Assembly (NCBI GenBank): GCA_016840465.1
Contig: JAEOSH010000027.1
Coordinates: 1-25,564, forward strand
Length of the DNA stretch: 25,564 nucleotides
Source: Candidatus Baldrarchaeum yapensis
Lineage (GTDB): Archaea > Asgardarchaeota > Baldrarchaeia > Baldrarchaeales > Baldrarchaeaceae
Direction of reading: 5' to 3'
The position numbers were made by a program, and so were the translations under genes. This document shows positions 1-8,016 of the stretch, piece by piece; the stretch's first letter is position 1; each line of letters begins with the position of its first letter. Below the pieces are notes generated by a model. That model saw only the letters and a list, made by a program, of their open reading frames with translations, ran no database searches and had not been told where the DNA came from.

Positions 1-590
1 TCCCGCACCGCCAAAAGGGCCTCCACTTCAAGGTTCACTTCCTATACGACATACTATCCGACCCCGTAATAGCCGCAACCCCCCGGCTCCACCGCAGACT
101 ACCAGGGCTACCGGAAACTCCTGCACTCGGTCCCCGAAAAATCCGTCGTGCTCGCAGACTCGGCGTACTTCGGAAGGAGCAACTTCGAAAAAACACTGGA
201 GAGGGATGCACTCCTCCTCGCAAAACCCAGAAGGCCGCCCCGCCGGGGAAGGCGGTGGGGCTGAGCTGCAAAGTACGAGGGGTTTTCGAGGCGCTCAGGC
301 ACCTCTACCGCCACAGAGGCGAGGGAGGGCGCTTCTGCTCGAGGCTAAAGGCGAGGCTTAGGAGGTCGCTGAGGTACACGCTCGTTGAGAGCGCGGACGC
401 CTTCGTGAAGTGGCTATCACTCGCGATGAATAGAGAGCGGGTCGCCGTTGGGAAGATGGACGCGTGACCCGGAATCCGATGAGGCCCAAAGGGGGCAGAG
501 ACGGCTAGCGACGTGCGTACCAGCGACCGATGCCCCGGGCCGATGCCTGGCCGTAAGTGTTTATGATGAAATTATTTATGAAACAGCCTC
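1..590 (+). mobile_element. Right part of an IS element (IS4/IS5-like DDE_Tnp_1 transposase), left end outside the window
   Basis: GC-rich stretch carrying transposase fragments. The putative right end reads GAGGCTGTTTCATAAAT on the minus strand (574-590), exactly where acyl-CoA synthetase-like coding sequence stops. The left TIR and TSD are not visible. Confidence 0.7.
3..467 (+). pseudogene. DDE transposase pseudogene (5'-partial)
   Basis: Joined frames give GLHFKVHFLYD...PGSTADYQGYRKLL...VVLADSAY...LYRHRGEGGRFCSRLK. There are two frameshifts and an in-frame TGA. The Y(2)R(3)E(6)K signature is present (Y 306-308, K 348-350), but the catalytic E codon reads GGG (327-329). Confidence 0.75.
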
Positions 591-1197
591 ATATGTCTGA
601 ATAAGTTCATATATCGTCCTTCACGTCAAAGAAGTCGAGAAAAATTCCAGTACTTCTGCATATTGCGCCTGAGGCCATACTGACGTAACCTGCGGCATGG
701 AATAAGGGAAATAGCAATAATCCCGTATTATTTTCTGTAAGTTCTATTCTCTTCGCGGATAATTGAGCATTTAAGAGAACTCCCCGATGTGTATACATTA
801 CCTCTTTAGGTCTACCAGTAGTTCTACCAGTAAACATCAAAGCAACGATGTCATCTGGATCTGCCTTATAAGATGTGTGATCCATGGATCCACGTGCAAT
901 AAACTCTTCAAAGACCATGAAATTCTTCGTACGGTCCTTGTTGGGAACTTTATCTCCATCTACCACGATTACTTTCTCGATGAATGTCAGATCCTTGATT
1001 ATATTCCTCTACTTGTCCATTCCAGCGGAGAGAACGGATAAATATTGTAAACAGCACCCTTGGTTTGCTGTTTTTGAGAGCGTACCTGAGTTCCCTTGCC
1101 TTATATAGGAAGTTCACGGGAATCACGATTCCACCACATTTGTTTATTCCCGTTATGATGATCAGCATTTCCTTCACGTTCGGCATGAACACCGCAA
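591..1197 (-). pseudogene. Long-chain acyl-CoA synthetase / AMP-binding enzyme pseudogene, middle fragment
   Basis: IAVFMPNVKEM...GGIVIPVNFLYKARELRYALKNSKPRVLFT, then in another frame DDIVALMFTGRTTGRPKEVMYTH (degenerate AMP-binding motif, normally T(S/G)GTTGxPKGV) and LFPLFHAAG. Frameshifted; truncated at 590 by an IS. Confidence 0.85.
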
Positions 1198-1999
1198 CGC
1201 TCTTGGCTCTAAGCTACATGTTTTTATGACACGTCCAACGGTACCGCTGTAAAAAATGCGGAAGATAATTCAACGACCTCACAGGAACGCCATTCGCCTG
1301 AATAGAACTGCCGCCCAGCGAGGTACTCACCATCGCATACCTCTACTTCAATCTGGGGATGAGACAGCTCGCAATAGCTAGAGAGACGGGAAGAAGCAAA
1401 AAGGCCGTCCAGCGCACGGTCAAGCTCTTCGGAAAAGCAATGGAGGCCTGGTTTCGCATCTTTGAAGCTAAAGGGCGAAGTCGAGGCCGATGAGGCGTAC
1501 ATGCCGTTCGGCAATAAGGTCAAGAAGCAAATAAAGCCCAAAAGGCGCGGAGGGGCAGGCGCAGAGGCCGATGCACCGAGCAGAAAAGGCTCTTCTTCGC
1601 ACTGGTCGAGCGCGGCTCCCGAAAAACTCTCTACCTGGCTGAGAGAAACGCGAACAGCAGGACGTGGCCGCAGTCCTGCTCAGGCGCGTCTAGCCCGGTA
1701 GCGTTGTATACACCGACGATTTTCGCGGTTACAGGCGCATAAACTGGCTCGGCTACAAGCATTTCCGTGTCAGACATTCTAGGCGTGTTTACGCGGTCGG
1801 GCCCGTGCATGTAAACAATGCCGAGAGCAGGAATTGGCATCTTAGGGCTTTTATGTTTTTAAGCGCGGGGTTAATCTGTCCTGCCAAGATTCTATGCTGC
1901 CGCGGCCTCGGCCTTCGTAAGGCTTTATGCCGAGGGCGCGCTACAAGCATGCCATTGGCTACTGGAGGTGGTCCACCGTGTAGCTTAGGGCTAAGAGCG
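1198..1999 (+). mobile_element. IS1595-family (ISH4 group) insertion sequence, 802 bp, defective
   Basis: TIRs CGCTCTTGGCTCTAAGCTACA (1198-1218) and the reverse complement of 1979-1999, CGCTCTTAGCCCTAAGCTACA, match 19/21. The CGCTCTT terminus is the ISH4-group signature as I recall it. 8-bp TSD CACCGCAA (1190-1197) / CGCCGCAA (2000-2007), 7/8. Confidence 0.88.
1233..1988 (+). pseudogene. IS1595/ISXO2-like transposase pseudogene
   Basis: VQRYRCKKCGR*FNDLTGTPFA* (half Zn ribbon); HTH QLAIARETGRSKKAVQR; LKGEVEADEAY (first D); FFALVERGS; PGSVVYTDDFRGY (second D); HVNNAESRNWHL (N..E). Several stops and at least four frameshifts. The stop codon TAG (1986-1988) lies inside the right TIR. Confidence 0.88.
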
Positions 2000-2215
2000 C
2001 GCCGCAATTCCATCCTTAGGCTCTATATACTCTGATAGTGCATTACCGACTCCATTGGATAGAAGATACAGTCCTTAAATGTCAGTTCATGTCTCTCCTT
2101 TCTTGGCAAAAGCCTCTGCGATATCATACAGAGTTTATTTGGCACTTCTTTTGCGTTAGCATCGACGATCTCAGACAAAAATGGCGATAATGATAATGAA
2201 CGACTCTGGAGACAT
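2000..2215 (-). pseudogene. Acyl-CoA synthetase pseudogene, N-terminal fragment
   Basis: The minus strand reads LSEIVDANAKEVPNKLCMI...ELTFKD, then after a frameshift GVGNALSEYIEPKDGIA. This joins in frame to VFMPN at 1197 once the IS and one TSD copy are removed. ATG at 2215 with a 1-nt frameshift shortly after. Confidence 0.75.
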
Positions 2216-2577
2216 ACGTTGTGAGAGGCAATATTTTAATTAGTGAGATAGCTCGTCGAAACGTTCTCAAATTACGTCACAAGTCAGAAGTTCGATGAGG
2301 TAGATGTCGAACACCTAGGGAATGTTGCGAGGATATCGTTTGAGTTGAAGATCGTATGTTCTGCTACGAATAAATACACATAATCAATTCCACAGATTTT
2401 CATGCGCAATGCGTTTGCGAGCGCAATAGGAACATTCTGTGAACGGTTAAAATAAAATCGATATTATAAGGCATAATGCGTAGCGGGTTCGGTGCTAGGC
2501 ACGAGGGGCCCTGCATTGTGAATTATACTCAAAATAGAAGTGTGATAATTCCAGATAATATTATAATGTTATTTAAC

Positions 2578-3618
2578 TTACTCCCTTATAACCGCGGCGT
2601 CTGATGCCAGCAGAATCGTGTTGTCAGCGACTGCGATCACGTGGCCTGCCGCTCTTCTCAGGTTATAGAGCAAATTCAGTAATTTTACTATTGGTTCACC
2701 CTTGAGGTCACTTTCTGTTATCTTCAGGAGTATTTCATCATACATTCTTCTCACATCGACCATTAATTTCATTGCCTCGACCGCTGAGTGAAAGTCCTTG
2801 TTATTGAAAGCCTCGGTTGCCAGTTTGTGCATCTTCAGTATGACTTCAGTCATTCTGCATATCAGACTCATTGTGTCCTCTAATTCTGGTGATGCCTTAT
2901 CGAAGGGGAATTCTGCTAGGGCTTTTGCACACATTGCTATGTGGTACGCCAATCTTGTGAGATCTCGAGAGGATACCGCATCGAGGATAATCTCTTCCGC
3001 GGAGTCTATTCCCATTTCTGCCGAAATTGCGCGGTGCTTTGAAATTATTATGGCTTCTCTCACTATTAATCTGTAAAATCTCAGAGCTTCATCATATCTG
3101 TTCGCTATATCTCTTGCGAGTTCCTTGTCACGACTTCTTAAGGCATTTATTAGATCTTCGTGCATAGAGAGAACCAATGAGAAGAAATTTGCAAGGACGG
3201 ATCTAAATGGAAGTCTCTTAGGGTCAAGAACCACGTAGAGAGTCAATCTATCGGATAAATCCTCCATGACTTCGACGCCTATGAGGTTGGGCAGTGTTGA
3301 CTTTATACTACTTTTTAGGTCAGCACCTAAGGTCTTCCTTTTTGATGTTATTATGATTCTATCGACGCCACACATATAGTATCCTTGCATGTGCTTTTCA
3401 AGGGCGTGAACATCCGGGTAGTCTTCCACGTAAAGTATTGCAACTGCTCCGCCTATTTTCGGGGTCGGTGGATATATTACGACCGTGCCGGAGTCGTCCA
3501 TTGTGATAGTGACTCTATCTCCCTTCTTTAACCCCATTTTCTCAGACCATTTCTTTGGCAGGGTTATGATGAAGCTACCCGTGCGCGTCAGTTGTACTTT
3601 CCTAGATTCCATATGCAT
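2578..3618 (-). CDS. phoU: Archaeal phosphate-uptake-regulator-like protein (N-terminal AbrB/SpoVT domain plus PhoU helical repeats)
   Basis: RKVQLTRTGSFIITLPKKWSEKMGLKKGD (AbrB fold), ELARDIANRYDEALRFYRLIVR, RDLTRLAYHIAMCA, LRRAAGHVIAVAD. Start placed at ATG 3618 because GGAGGT lies 6 nt upstream; the ORF track extends to 3651. Confidence 0.75.
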   Translation of the reverse strand: MHMESRKVQLTRTGSFIITLPKKWSEKMGLKKGDRVTITMDDSGTVVIYPPTPKIGGAVAILYVEDYPDVHALEKHMQGYYMCGVDRIIITSKRKTLGADLKSSIKSTLPNLIGVEVMEDLSDRLTLYVVLDPKRLPFRSVLANFFSLVLSMHEDLINALRSRDKELARDIANRYDEALRFYRLIVREAIIISKHRAISAEMGIDSAEEIILDAVSSRDLTRLAYHIAMCAKALAEFPFDKASPELEDTMSLICRMTEVILKMHKLATEAFNNKDFHSAVEAMKLMVDVRRMYDEILLKITESDLKGEPIVKLLNLLYNLRRAAGHVIAVADNTILLASDAAVIRE

Positions 3619-3944
3619 ATAAATACCTCCCATTAAAACCGTTTGGGACACAGATTATGGAATAACCTTAATATATTTAATGGATGAATGAGCAATGTAT
3701 AATATCGTACTATGCGATGCATCTATTCGATCTATACTGTTATTATATAACATCACATAAATTCGAATATTTTCGTGCAAGCACTGCAGAAACAAATACC
3801 AAGATACTTCTATGGGGGCATACTATCCCTGTTTTTTTACAACGAGGTCTCAGACTTCTCCACTGAGGAAACGATAATGATATGATATAGGACGTGAATC
3901 TGTGGAATAAAAAATAATGTAATTCACGTATACGGAGGGTCTTT

Positions 3945-4394
3945 ATGTTTACAATGAACATAAGAGAATGGGAACGCGCTTATAGGGAGCAAGCAAGAAA
4001 TCTTGCGACGAAATTTTTTGAGAATTTGAAAAATGAGAAAATTTTGGGTGTTCGTTGTAAACATTGTGGCAAAATTTACATTCCACCATTTTCTGTGTGT
4101 TCATGTGGATCTAAAGATTTAGAGGAGGTGTTCGTCTCCGGAGAGGGGTATATAGAGACCTTTACCATTTGTTTTGAGAGAATGGAAGGATACCCGGAGC
4201 CTCCATTCATTCTGGCACTAATAAGGCTCGACAATTCAGAGGTTGTATTTCCTCACATTGTGATTGGTGTTGATTTATCCGATATAAACTCCGCAATCAG
4301 GATCGTGAGGGTTGGCGCTCGTGTCAGAGCGGTTTTTAAGAAGGAAAGGAAAGGAAGTCTGCTTGATATAGAGGGTTTTAGACTCATAGAGTAA
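3945..4394 (+). CDS. DUF35/ChsH2-family Zn-ribbon + OB-fold protein (acyl-CoA-binding thiolase partner family)
   Basis: KFFENLKNEKILGVRCKHCGKIYIPP..VCSCGS, then GEGYIETFT...PPFILALIRLD; SD GGAGGG upstream. Confidence 0.85.
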   Translation: MFTMNIREWERAYREQARNLATKFFENLKNEKILGVRCKHCGKIYIPPFSVCSCGSKDLEEVFVSGEGYIETFTICFERMEGYPEPPFILALIRLDNSEVVFPHIVIGVDLSDINSAIRIVRVGARVRAVFKKERKGSLLDIEGFRLIE

Positions 4395-4559
4395 GAGGAG
4401 GAATAACTCTTTGAATTTCACATGGGGATCGAGGAGCCATTTACATTATGTTATTACTTGCCATTAAGGCACCTTGCTGGATGTGAGAACTGCCGAGAAG
4501 CCCGTCTCACATAATTCTTTTTAGGGATTTTAGGATATACTCTACATGGAGGGGATGTT

Positions 4560-5780
4560 ATGAAGGTGGAAGATATCAAGACAATCGCGGTGCTTGGCGC
4601 TGGTGTTATGGGTCACGGAATCGCGCAAGTATGTGCGATGGCGGGATACGAGGTCTATATGAGAGACATCAAACAGGAGTTTCTCGATAATGCCATGCAG
4701 AAAATCAAATGGAGTCTTGGAAAGTTTGTCGAGAAAAAGAAAATAACGGAGGATGCTGCTAAGCAGACCTTAGATAGGCTTCACACGACAATTGATTTAA
4801 AAGAGGCGGTGTCAAATGCAGACTTCGTGATAGAGGCTGTTCCGGAGAAGCTAGACCTCAAGAAGCAGGTTTTCAAGGAGGTTGACGAGTTATCACCATC
4901 GCATGCAATATTAGCAACGAACACGAGTTCCTTACCTATCACTGAAATAGCAGAGGCCACCAAAAGGCCCAATAAAGTTGTAGGTATGCACTTTTTCAAC
5001 CCGCCTCAAATAATGGCGCTTGTTGAAGTGATAAGGGGAGAGAAGACTGACGATGAGACCGTACAGGTAACTGTGGATCTTGCGAAGAAACTCGGTAAGG
5101 AGCCCGTGATTTGTAGCAAGGATGTACCAGGTTTCATCGCAAATAGAGTCATGCTATCTCCGTTGAACTTCGTTGCATGGCTTGTTTCGGAAGGTGTGTA
5201 TACGAAGGAAGAGGTAGATTCAGCCGCATACTTCAAGAGCGGGCAGAGAATGGGCATTTTCGGATTGCTCGACTTCGTTGGAATAGACACTGCATATTAC
5301 GTCCTTAAATTCATGGAGGAGAGAGAGCCTCCCTTCAAGGTTGCACCGATTATCGAGGAGAGAGTAAAGGCCGGGGAGTTGGGAGTAAAGACTGGTAAGG
5401 GCTTCTATGAATATCCCGATAAGATGTGGAAGGTTCCATCGAGTTGGAAGAAGGAACTAGCGAATAAGTTTAACCCGCTCTGGCCGACTCTTGTTGCAAT
5501 TAACAGAGCTGCGGAACTCGTGGCATTAGGAATTGCAACACCAGAGGACGTCGACAAGGCTGTAAGGCTAGGATTCAACATACCCATTGGGGTATTACAA
5601 CTTGCTGATCAGATGGGTATCGACACAGTTGTTAAGAACCTAGAGGATTTAGCACAAAAGTTTGGCCACATTGATGCATTGAAGCAGTTGCTGGAGCCTC
5701 ACCCATTATTGAAGGAAATGGTGAGCAAGGGCGAGCTTGGTCGCAAGAGCGGCAAAGGTTTCTATACCTACAAGAAATGA
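4560..5780 (+). CDS. 3-hydroxyacyl-CoA dehydrogenase (NAD-binding domain plus two C-terminal 3HCDH domains)
   Basis: VLGAGVMGHGIAQ Rossmann motif, VIEAVPEKLDLK, ATNTSSL, catalytic GMHFFNPP, PGFIANR, two G.K.GKGFY motifs. Confidence 0.93.
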   Translation: MKVEDIKTIAVLGAGVMGHGIAQVCAMAGYEVYMRDIKQEFLDNAMQKIKWSLGKFVEKKKITEDAAKQTLDRLHTTIDLKEAVSNADFVIEAVPEKLDLKKQVFKEVDELSPSHAILATNTSSLPITEIAEATKRPNKVVGMHFFNPPQIMALVEVIRGEKTDDETVQVTVDLAKKLGKEPVICSKDVPGFIANRVMLSPLNFVAWLVSEGVYTKEEVDSAAYFKSGQRMGIFGLLDFVGIDTAYYVLKFMEEREPPFKVAPIIEERVKAGELGVKTGKGFYEYPDKMWKVPSSWKKELANKFNPLWPTLVAINRAAELVALGIATPEDVDKAVRLGFNIPIGVLQLADQMGIDTVVKNLEDLAQKFGHIDALKQLLEPHPLLKEMVSKGELGRKSGKGFYTYKK

Positions 5781-5789
5781 CAACCGTAT

Positions 5790-6593
5790 TTATCCCGACT
5801 GCTTTGCCTTTCTTTTCTTTTGTTCTTCTAAGAATTTCATCACATACTTTATTTGGTCTTCGGCAAGTATGCAGACATTTTGAATGTATGCAGTGTAATC
5901 CAGTAAACTTTCCATACTCAGATCAAATGCGCGGTTGAGAATTCTCTTTGCAAGACCGATAGCCTTCAGGCTGCCCTTAAGGAATTCTCGTGCCATGCCC
6001 TCCGCAGCTTCCATTAATTTTTCTTCAGAAACAACCATATTCACTAATCCTATTCTTTCCGCCTCGCGAGCATCTATTATTTTTCCCGTAAACACAAGTT
6101 CTTTTGCCTTTCCGAGACCAACTATGCGAGGAAGTCTCTGGGCTCCTCCAAGGTCGGGCACAAGACCGAACCTGACCTCGGGAAGTCCCATTTTAGTGCC
6201 TTCTGCGGCTATCCTGATATCACATGCGAGAGCAAGTTCTAGCCCTCCACCGAGGGCGTATCCGTGAATTGCGGCAATAGTTGGCATTTCTATTAACTCT
6301 AAAAGGTTAAACGCCTCTTGTGCATTTTTTATGAACACTCTAAGTTGCTCCGATGATATTGATGACATTTTCGCGGCAAACGATATATCGATGCCGGAAC
6401 AAAAGGCGCGACCCGCACCTGTCAGTATTATTACTCCTGGTTCTCCCCTTTCGTAAATGGCCTCTAATACCCTTTTTAGGTCTCTTATTAGCTCGTCATT
6501 TATAGCGTTAAGGACTTCAGGCCTGTTTAATATAACCTTCCAAATGTTGTCCCGTTTTTGAGCAATAACGGTTTTTGCTTTTATCTCGGACAT
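5790..6593 (-). CDS. Enoyl-CoA hydratase/isomerase (crotonase family)
   Basis: LNRPEVLNAIN, AFCSGIDI, GYALGGGLELALACDIRIA and GLPEVRFGLVPDLGG; both catalytic glutamates present. Confidence 0.92.
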   Translation of the reverse strand: MSEIKAKTVIAQKRDNIWKVILNRPEVLNAINDELIRDLKRVLEAIYERGEPGVIILTGAGRAFCSGIDISFAAKMSSISSEQLRVFIKNAQEAFNLLELIEMPTIAAIHGYALGGGLELALACDIRIAAEGTKMGLPEVRFGLVPDLGGAQRLPRIVGLGKAKELVFTGKIIDAREAERIGLVNMVVSEEKLMEAAEGMAREFLKGSLKAIGLAKRILNRAFDLSMESLLDYTAYIQNVCILAEDQIKYVMKFLEEQKKRKAKQSG

Positions 6594-6945
6594 GAGATCG
6601 ACCCCAACATGCCTCTAATAACCGATTTCCTCCGACATCGTATAAGGATTCTGCAAATTTTGAAGTAAAAAGAAAGACCGACTGTTATACGATTATTACC
6701 AATAACTTGCGTCGATTTGTCGCTAATTTCAGAAATCTTTATTTTTCTAAAACCAGTAACATGGACCATTTAATGATGCGAGTTTCGCGATCAAAAGTTT
6801 CACGACGGCTACCTTCACGGTGACAATATTCTCGTTTTTATGCCAGCGGACTTCGATCTCTCTAACTGTTAATAATGCAATCCCCTGATATTACGCGGTT
6901 AAAAAAGCGCACCTCCTGCATTTTTATTGAACGGTGATAGAATTG

Positions 6946-8016
6946 ATGAACTTGCTAGTGGAGCGTGCATTGCAAAAGCGGGATGTTCTCCTCCGGAGGA
7001 TCGAAGAATTTGCGGAGAGAATTGATTCTTTAGATGATACTTGGAGACCTGTTCATATACCTAATGGGAAATTCCCGGCTATGGGAGCAGAAGACGGAAG
7101 TTACAATGCGATAGAATACAGAAGTGCACTTCTTTATGGCATTTGCGCTGAAGTTATAGTTTCCGATGAAGGCGGGCTACAAATACTGCGGAGCGGGGAT
7201 GTTGACATTCTTTACCCTTACAGGTATGTTAGAGATAGACTTCGAATTTATATGTCGATTTTTGAGTTAAAAACAACGTTAAGAGCTTTAAAGCGGCTGT
7301 CTCCCTCTATTCTTCTGATTGATGGTTCCATAATAAGTGCAATTATCCGTCCGTTGCCATTTAAGGAAAATCTTACTCCGGATATGAGAGCCTTAGTGGA
7401 AAAGAAGTACCTCAGCAGGATAGTTAGGAGTGTGAAGTCCTCGGAAGAAGTAAATGTTTTCTCGAAGGAACTTCTGGACGAGCTTAGGGAGGATTTTGGA
7501 AGAATGAGGGGGGAGATTATAGCGTATTTAGAATTTCTTGAAAACCTTGCCGTTCTCCGCGAAGTGCTAAGTGATAAGTATCGCGATAAGATAGTTAGCA
7601 TTTCTAAAACGTCGCGTAGCACCGAGATGTTTAATTGCAACATTCCGGACATTGCCATTTTAGAGAAGCTTACGAGAGAGGAAGGATATGCGAGAATACC
7701 CTACATTGTCAAAATAACTAAAGAGAGAAAAAGATATTTTCCCGTTTTCAGCGAATTCTTCAGGTCACTGGAATTCACGGTGTTTTATGCCAGGTTAAAG
7801 GAGCGAGGACAGGTTTTGAAGTTCGAGGTGCCACGAGTTATAGACGATGACGAAATTGTCGAGTTATTAAGTTATTTGAAAACTGTGTCAGTAGATGGGT
7901 ATCCCTATTTGCTGAAACGGGCGCATAGGGATGTCATAATATCGAACGAGGTTATGGAGCATATTGCAAAGCACATTATTGGGATCCATGAGAGGAAGGG
8001 AAGGGAGATCTTATGA
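6946..8016 (+). CDS. nurA: DNA double-strand break repair nuclease NurA
   Basis: GAEDGS and LLIDGS catalytic aspartate motifs, ISKTSRS, C-terminal GYPYLLKRAHRDVII; ATGA overlap with herA. Start taken as ATG 6946 (GGTGA SD at 6933-6937); the track starts at 6934. Confidence 0.9.
   Translation: MNLLVERALQKRDVLLRRIEEFAERIDSLDDTWRPVHIPNGKFPAMGAEDGSYNAIEYRSALLYGICAEVIVSDEGGLQILRSGDVDILYPYRYVRDRLRIYMSIFELKTTLRALKRLSPSILLIDGSIISAIIRPLPFKENLTPDMRALVEKKYLSRIVRSVKSSEEVNVFSKELLDELREDFGRMRGEIIAYLEFLENLAVLREVLSDKYRDKIVSISKTSRSTEMFNCNIPDIAILEKLTREEGYARIPYIVKITKERKRYFPVFSEFFRSLEFTVFYARLKERGQVLKFEVPRVIDDDEIVELLSYLKTVSVDGYPYLLKRAHRDVIISNEVMEHIAKHIIGIHERKGREIL

Noticed and set aside
757-830. Direct repeat ACTGGTAGA x2 on the minus strand
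   Set aside because: It is just the coding of the TG(G/R)TTGRP AMP-binding motif.
35-2035. Short track ORFs 35-271, 108-314, 787-1041, 884-1108, 1224-1541, 1631-1840, 1789-2013, and 1462-1701 / 1805-2035 as stand-alone genes
   Set aside because: They are antisense shadows or single-frame pieces of the transposase and synthetase pseudogenes.
2216-2577. About 360 bp unannotated region; checked for tRNA, CRISPR-like repeats or a gene remnant
   Set aside because: No cloverleaf, no repeats, and only short frames without recognisable motifs.
3684-3961. ORFs 3684-3866 (+) and 3743-3961 (-)
   Set aside because: AT-rich divergent promoter region; no SD, odd composition and no motifs.
6581-6933. ORF 6581-6769 (-) and a possible ncRNA in the hydratase-nurA gap
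   Set aside because: No recognisable motif or stable structure seen; best explained as divergent promoter DNA.
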